DNA of 64,000 bases from a virus. Taxonomy: Duplodnaviria > Caudoviricetes. The first letter of the stretch is position 1. Each line of letters begins with the position of its first letter. Position numbers and translations under genes: made by a program. This document shows positions 64,000 to 64,000 of the stretch, piece after piece. The DNA lies in the IMG/VR virus record IMGVR_UViG_3300020578_005808, positions 1 through 64,000 of that record. One strand, given 5' to 3'. The notes beneath the pieces were generated by a model, which saw only the letters and a list, made by a program, of their open reading frames with translations, was not told where the DNA came from and ran no database searches.

Positions 64000-64000
64000 T

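Noticed and set aside
1-64000. Alternative genetic code (stop-codon reassignment), tRNA genes, integrase/att sites
   Set aside because: Long ORFs are intact under the standard code and TAA, TAG and TGA all serve as stops; no cloverleaf or recombinase motifs seen

Overview
AT-rich (roughly 30% GC by eye), gene-dense segment of a large tailed dsDNA bacteriophage, probably a jumbo phage, using the standard genetic code. No tRNA, rRNA, CRISPR array, integrase or IS element was recognised. Layout: (i) 1-6.2 kb, mixed-strand small genes (Hsp20, dNMP kinase, HNH, dUTPase, phage sigma factor, DUF736-like) and a ~430-nt GC-rich structured non-coding leader; (ii) 6.3-23.2 kb, + strand, class II ribonucleotide reductase embedded in a large glycan block (six GT-like genes, RfbH, RmlB, NeuB-like, ThDP enzyme, SDR, DHQS-like, FGGY kinase, epimerase, Gmd); (iii) 23.3-36.9 kb, + strand, replication/recombination genes (RecA, DnaB, primase, Cas4/AddB-like nuclease, Pol III alpha split into PHP / exonuclease / catalytic ORFs, putative SSB and annealing protein, two more GT-like genes); (iv) 36.9-64 kb, - strand, very large probable virion/tail proteins up to 3233 aa. 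Main observations: a candidate novel structured RNA that ends by sequestering the sigma-factor RBS; a fixed-spacing sigma70 leaderless-promoter architecture at ten genes; a perfect sigma54 promoter written into the last codons upstream of hsp20; and a possible pathway to an unusual branched or carbocyclic sugar. All product calls come from motif recognition by eye; no database searches were run.
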